A stretch of DNA of 63,971 nt, counting the filler, from Pirum gemmata (lineage: Eukaryota): the NCBI GenBank assembly GCA_002812295.1. It is 14 parts of 14 records of this genome, joined end to end, with 100 filler letters (N's around TTAATTAATTAA, not from the genome) between each part and the next. Parts side by side here need not be neighbours in the genome. Positions count along the whole stretch, not along the records: positions 59,535 to 63,971 come from PDIN01001152.1; 13 more parts are not named here. One strand, 5' to 3'. The position numbers were made by a program, and so were the translations under genes. Positions 62,611 to 63,971 of the stretch are shown in pieces (positions within the stretch are counted from its first letter, which is position 1; each line of letters starts with the position of its first letter). Below the pieces are notes generated by a model. It had not been told where the DNA came from. It saw nothing but the letters and a program-made list of their open reading frames with translations, and made no database searches.

Positions 62611-62927
62611 TGACGTAATAGTGACGTAAATGACGTAATAGTGACGTAAATGACGTAAAAGACGTACTAGTGACGTAAATGACGTACTAGTGACGTAAAT
62701 GACGTACTAGTGACGTAAATGACGTACTAGTGGCGTAAATGACGTAAATGACGTCATAGTGACGTAAATGACGTCATAGTGGCGTAAATGACGTCATAGT
62801 GGCGTAAATGACGTCATAGTGGCGTAAATGACGTAATAGTGACGTAAATGACGTAATAGTGATGTAAATGACGTAATAGTGACGTAAATGACGTAATCGT
62901 GACGTAAATGACGCAATAGTGACGTAA
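62611..62927 (+). repeat. 20-bp tandem array of paired TGACGT motifs
   Basis: Unit TGACGTAATAGTGACGTAAA with variants (TGACGTACTAG, TGACGTCATAG, TGGCGTAAA), about 16 units. Confidence 0.95.
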
Positions 62928-63971
62928 AGTGTTAATAAACCAATATACAAGAATTAAATTTTTTTTTCTTGGACATCTAGTCCTCTTCCAAGTCTTTCAT
63001 AATGACGTAATAGTGACGTAAATGACGTAATAATGACGTAAAGTGTTAATAAACTTTTTACTGGACTCGTTTCTCAACAAAGTATAGATCCCGTCTAATG
63101 CTTTTCTATGATAATATCATACTAACAAACAATAGCTAATAAAACCTATAAAACAAACAAACAACAACAACAACAATAGTATAATTTTAATAATTTTATA
63201 ATCAATTATTATATATTATAAAAAATGACAAACAACAAACAACAAACAAACTACAAACAAACTACAAACAACAAACAAATAACAAATTTAAACAAACATA
63301 AACAAAAAACAAACGACAAACAAAGCAAACAACAAAAAAATAACAAGCAACAAACAAGCAACACAAACAAAGCAACAAACAAACAGCAAACAAACAACAA
63401 ACAAATAAACAAATAAACAAACCAACAAACAACTAATAAACAAACAACAAACAAACAACAAACAAAATTTAATAAGAAACAAACAAACAAACAAACGTCA
63501 AACACAACGAATAACAAACAAACAACAAACAAACAACACCAACCAACCAACGTTACCCAACCATACAATCATCAAACCAACAACTATAACAACAAAAATA
63601 CAAAAAACAATATATGTTTTTCTACAATTCAGCAATTTCAAGAATATACAAACATACAACACCAACCAACCGACCAACCATACAATCATCAAATCAACAA
63701 CTATAACAACAAAAATGCAACAAAAAACAATAATGTATTTTTTTAATTAATTGAAAACACGTAAAATGCGTGAATTCCCAATCAAAATCCAATATTTACT
63801 TTATTTAATATCAGCAATTGCAAGAATATCCTTATGAGTTTATATTTCACAATAATAATACCTTTCACTACGATATCCTCACTAAGCCATATTTTAACTA
63901 TAGGTACCGTGCACGTGCTTTTTATTTATTTTGTCATTCTGAATATTTATTTGGAGGGTTATAATATTTAA

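Noticed and set aside
62611..62927. Possible CRISPR array
   Set aside because: Head-to-tail repeats with no unique spacers and no cas genes, in a eukaryotic context. The same applies to 30243-30600 and 5050-6325.
751..63692. Many ORF-track entries with poly-L, V, C, T, N, S or I
   Set aside because: They are translations of trinucleotide and other microsatellites or N gaps, or antisense shadows of real genes.

Overview
AT-rich, microsatellite-rich eukaryotic (protist-like) draft genome DNA with spliceosomal GT-AG introns and many interstitial (TTAGGG)n tracts. The window is not contiguous. It is 14 separate contigs of about 4.4-4.9 kb joined by artificial 100-bp spacers (44 N + TTAATTAATTAA + 44 N), so synteny holds only within a contig. 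Spliced genes reconstructed by hand: an 8-exon mitochondrial-type ClpP, the 3' three exons of a TylF/MycF-like O-methyltransferase, and a 4-exon fragment of a probable large protein. Intronless genes: a thaumatin-like secreted protein, a leishmanolysin (M8) metalloprotease, a BBE-like FAD oxidase, two orphans, and a >1360-codon ORF with three 4-Cys motifs and three Tudor-like barrels. Mobile DNA: a nearly intact APE-RT LINE with two lesions; a piggyBac-like element whose transposase has an N-terminal SH3/Tudor-like domain, lacks its 3' end and sits inside a decayed LINE; a second piggyBac relic split by a telomere tract; and several MITE families. Best leads: the barrel-fused piggyBac transposase, the 4-Cys/Tudor protein, local duplications linked to telomere repeats or exon junctions, and a dense TGACGT array. 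I recognised no rRNA, tRNA or CRISPR. All homology calls come from motif recognition, not database searches.
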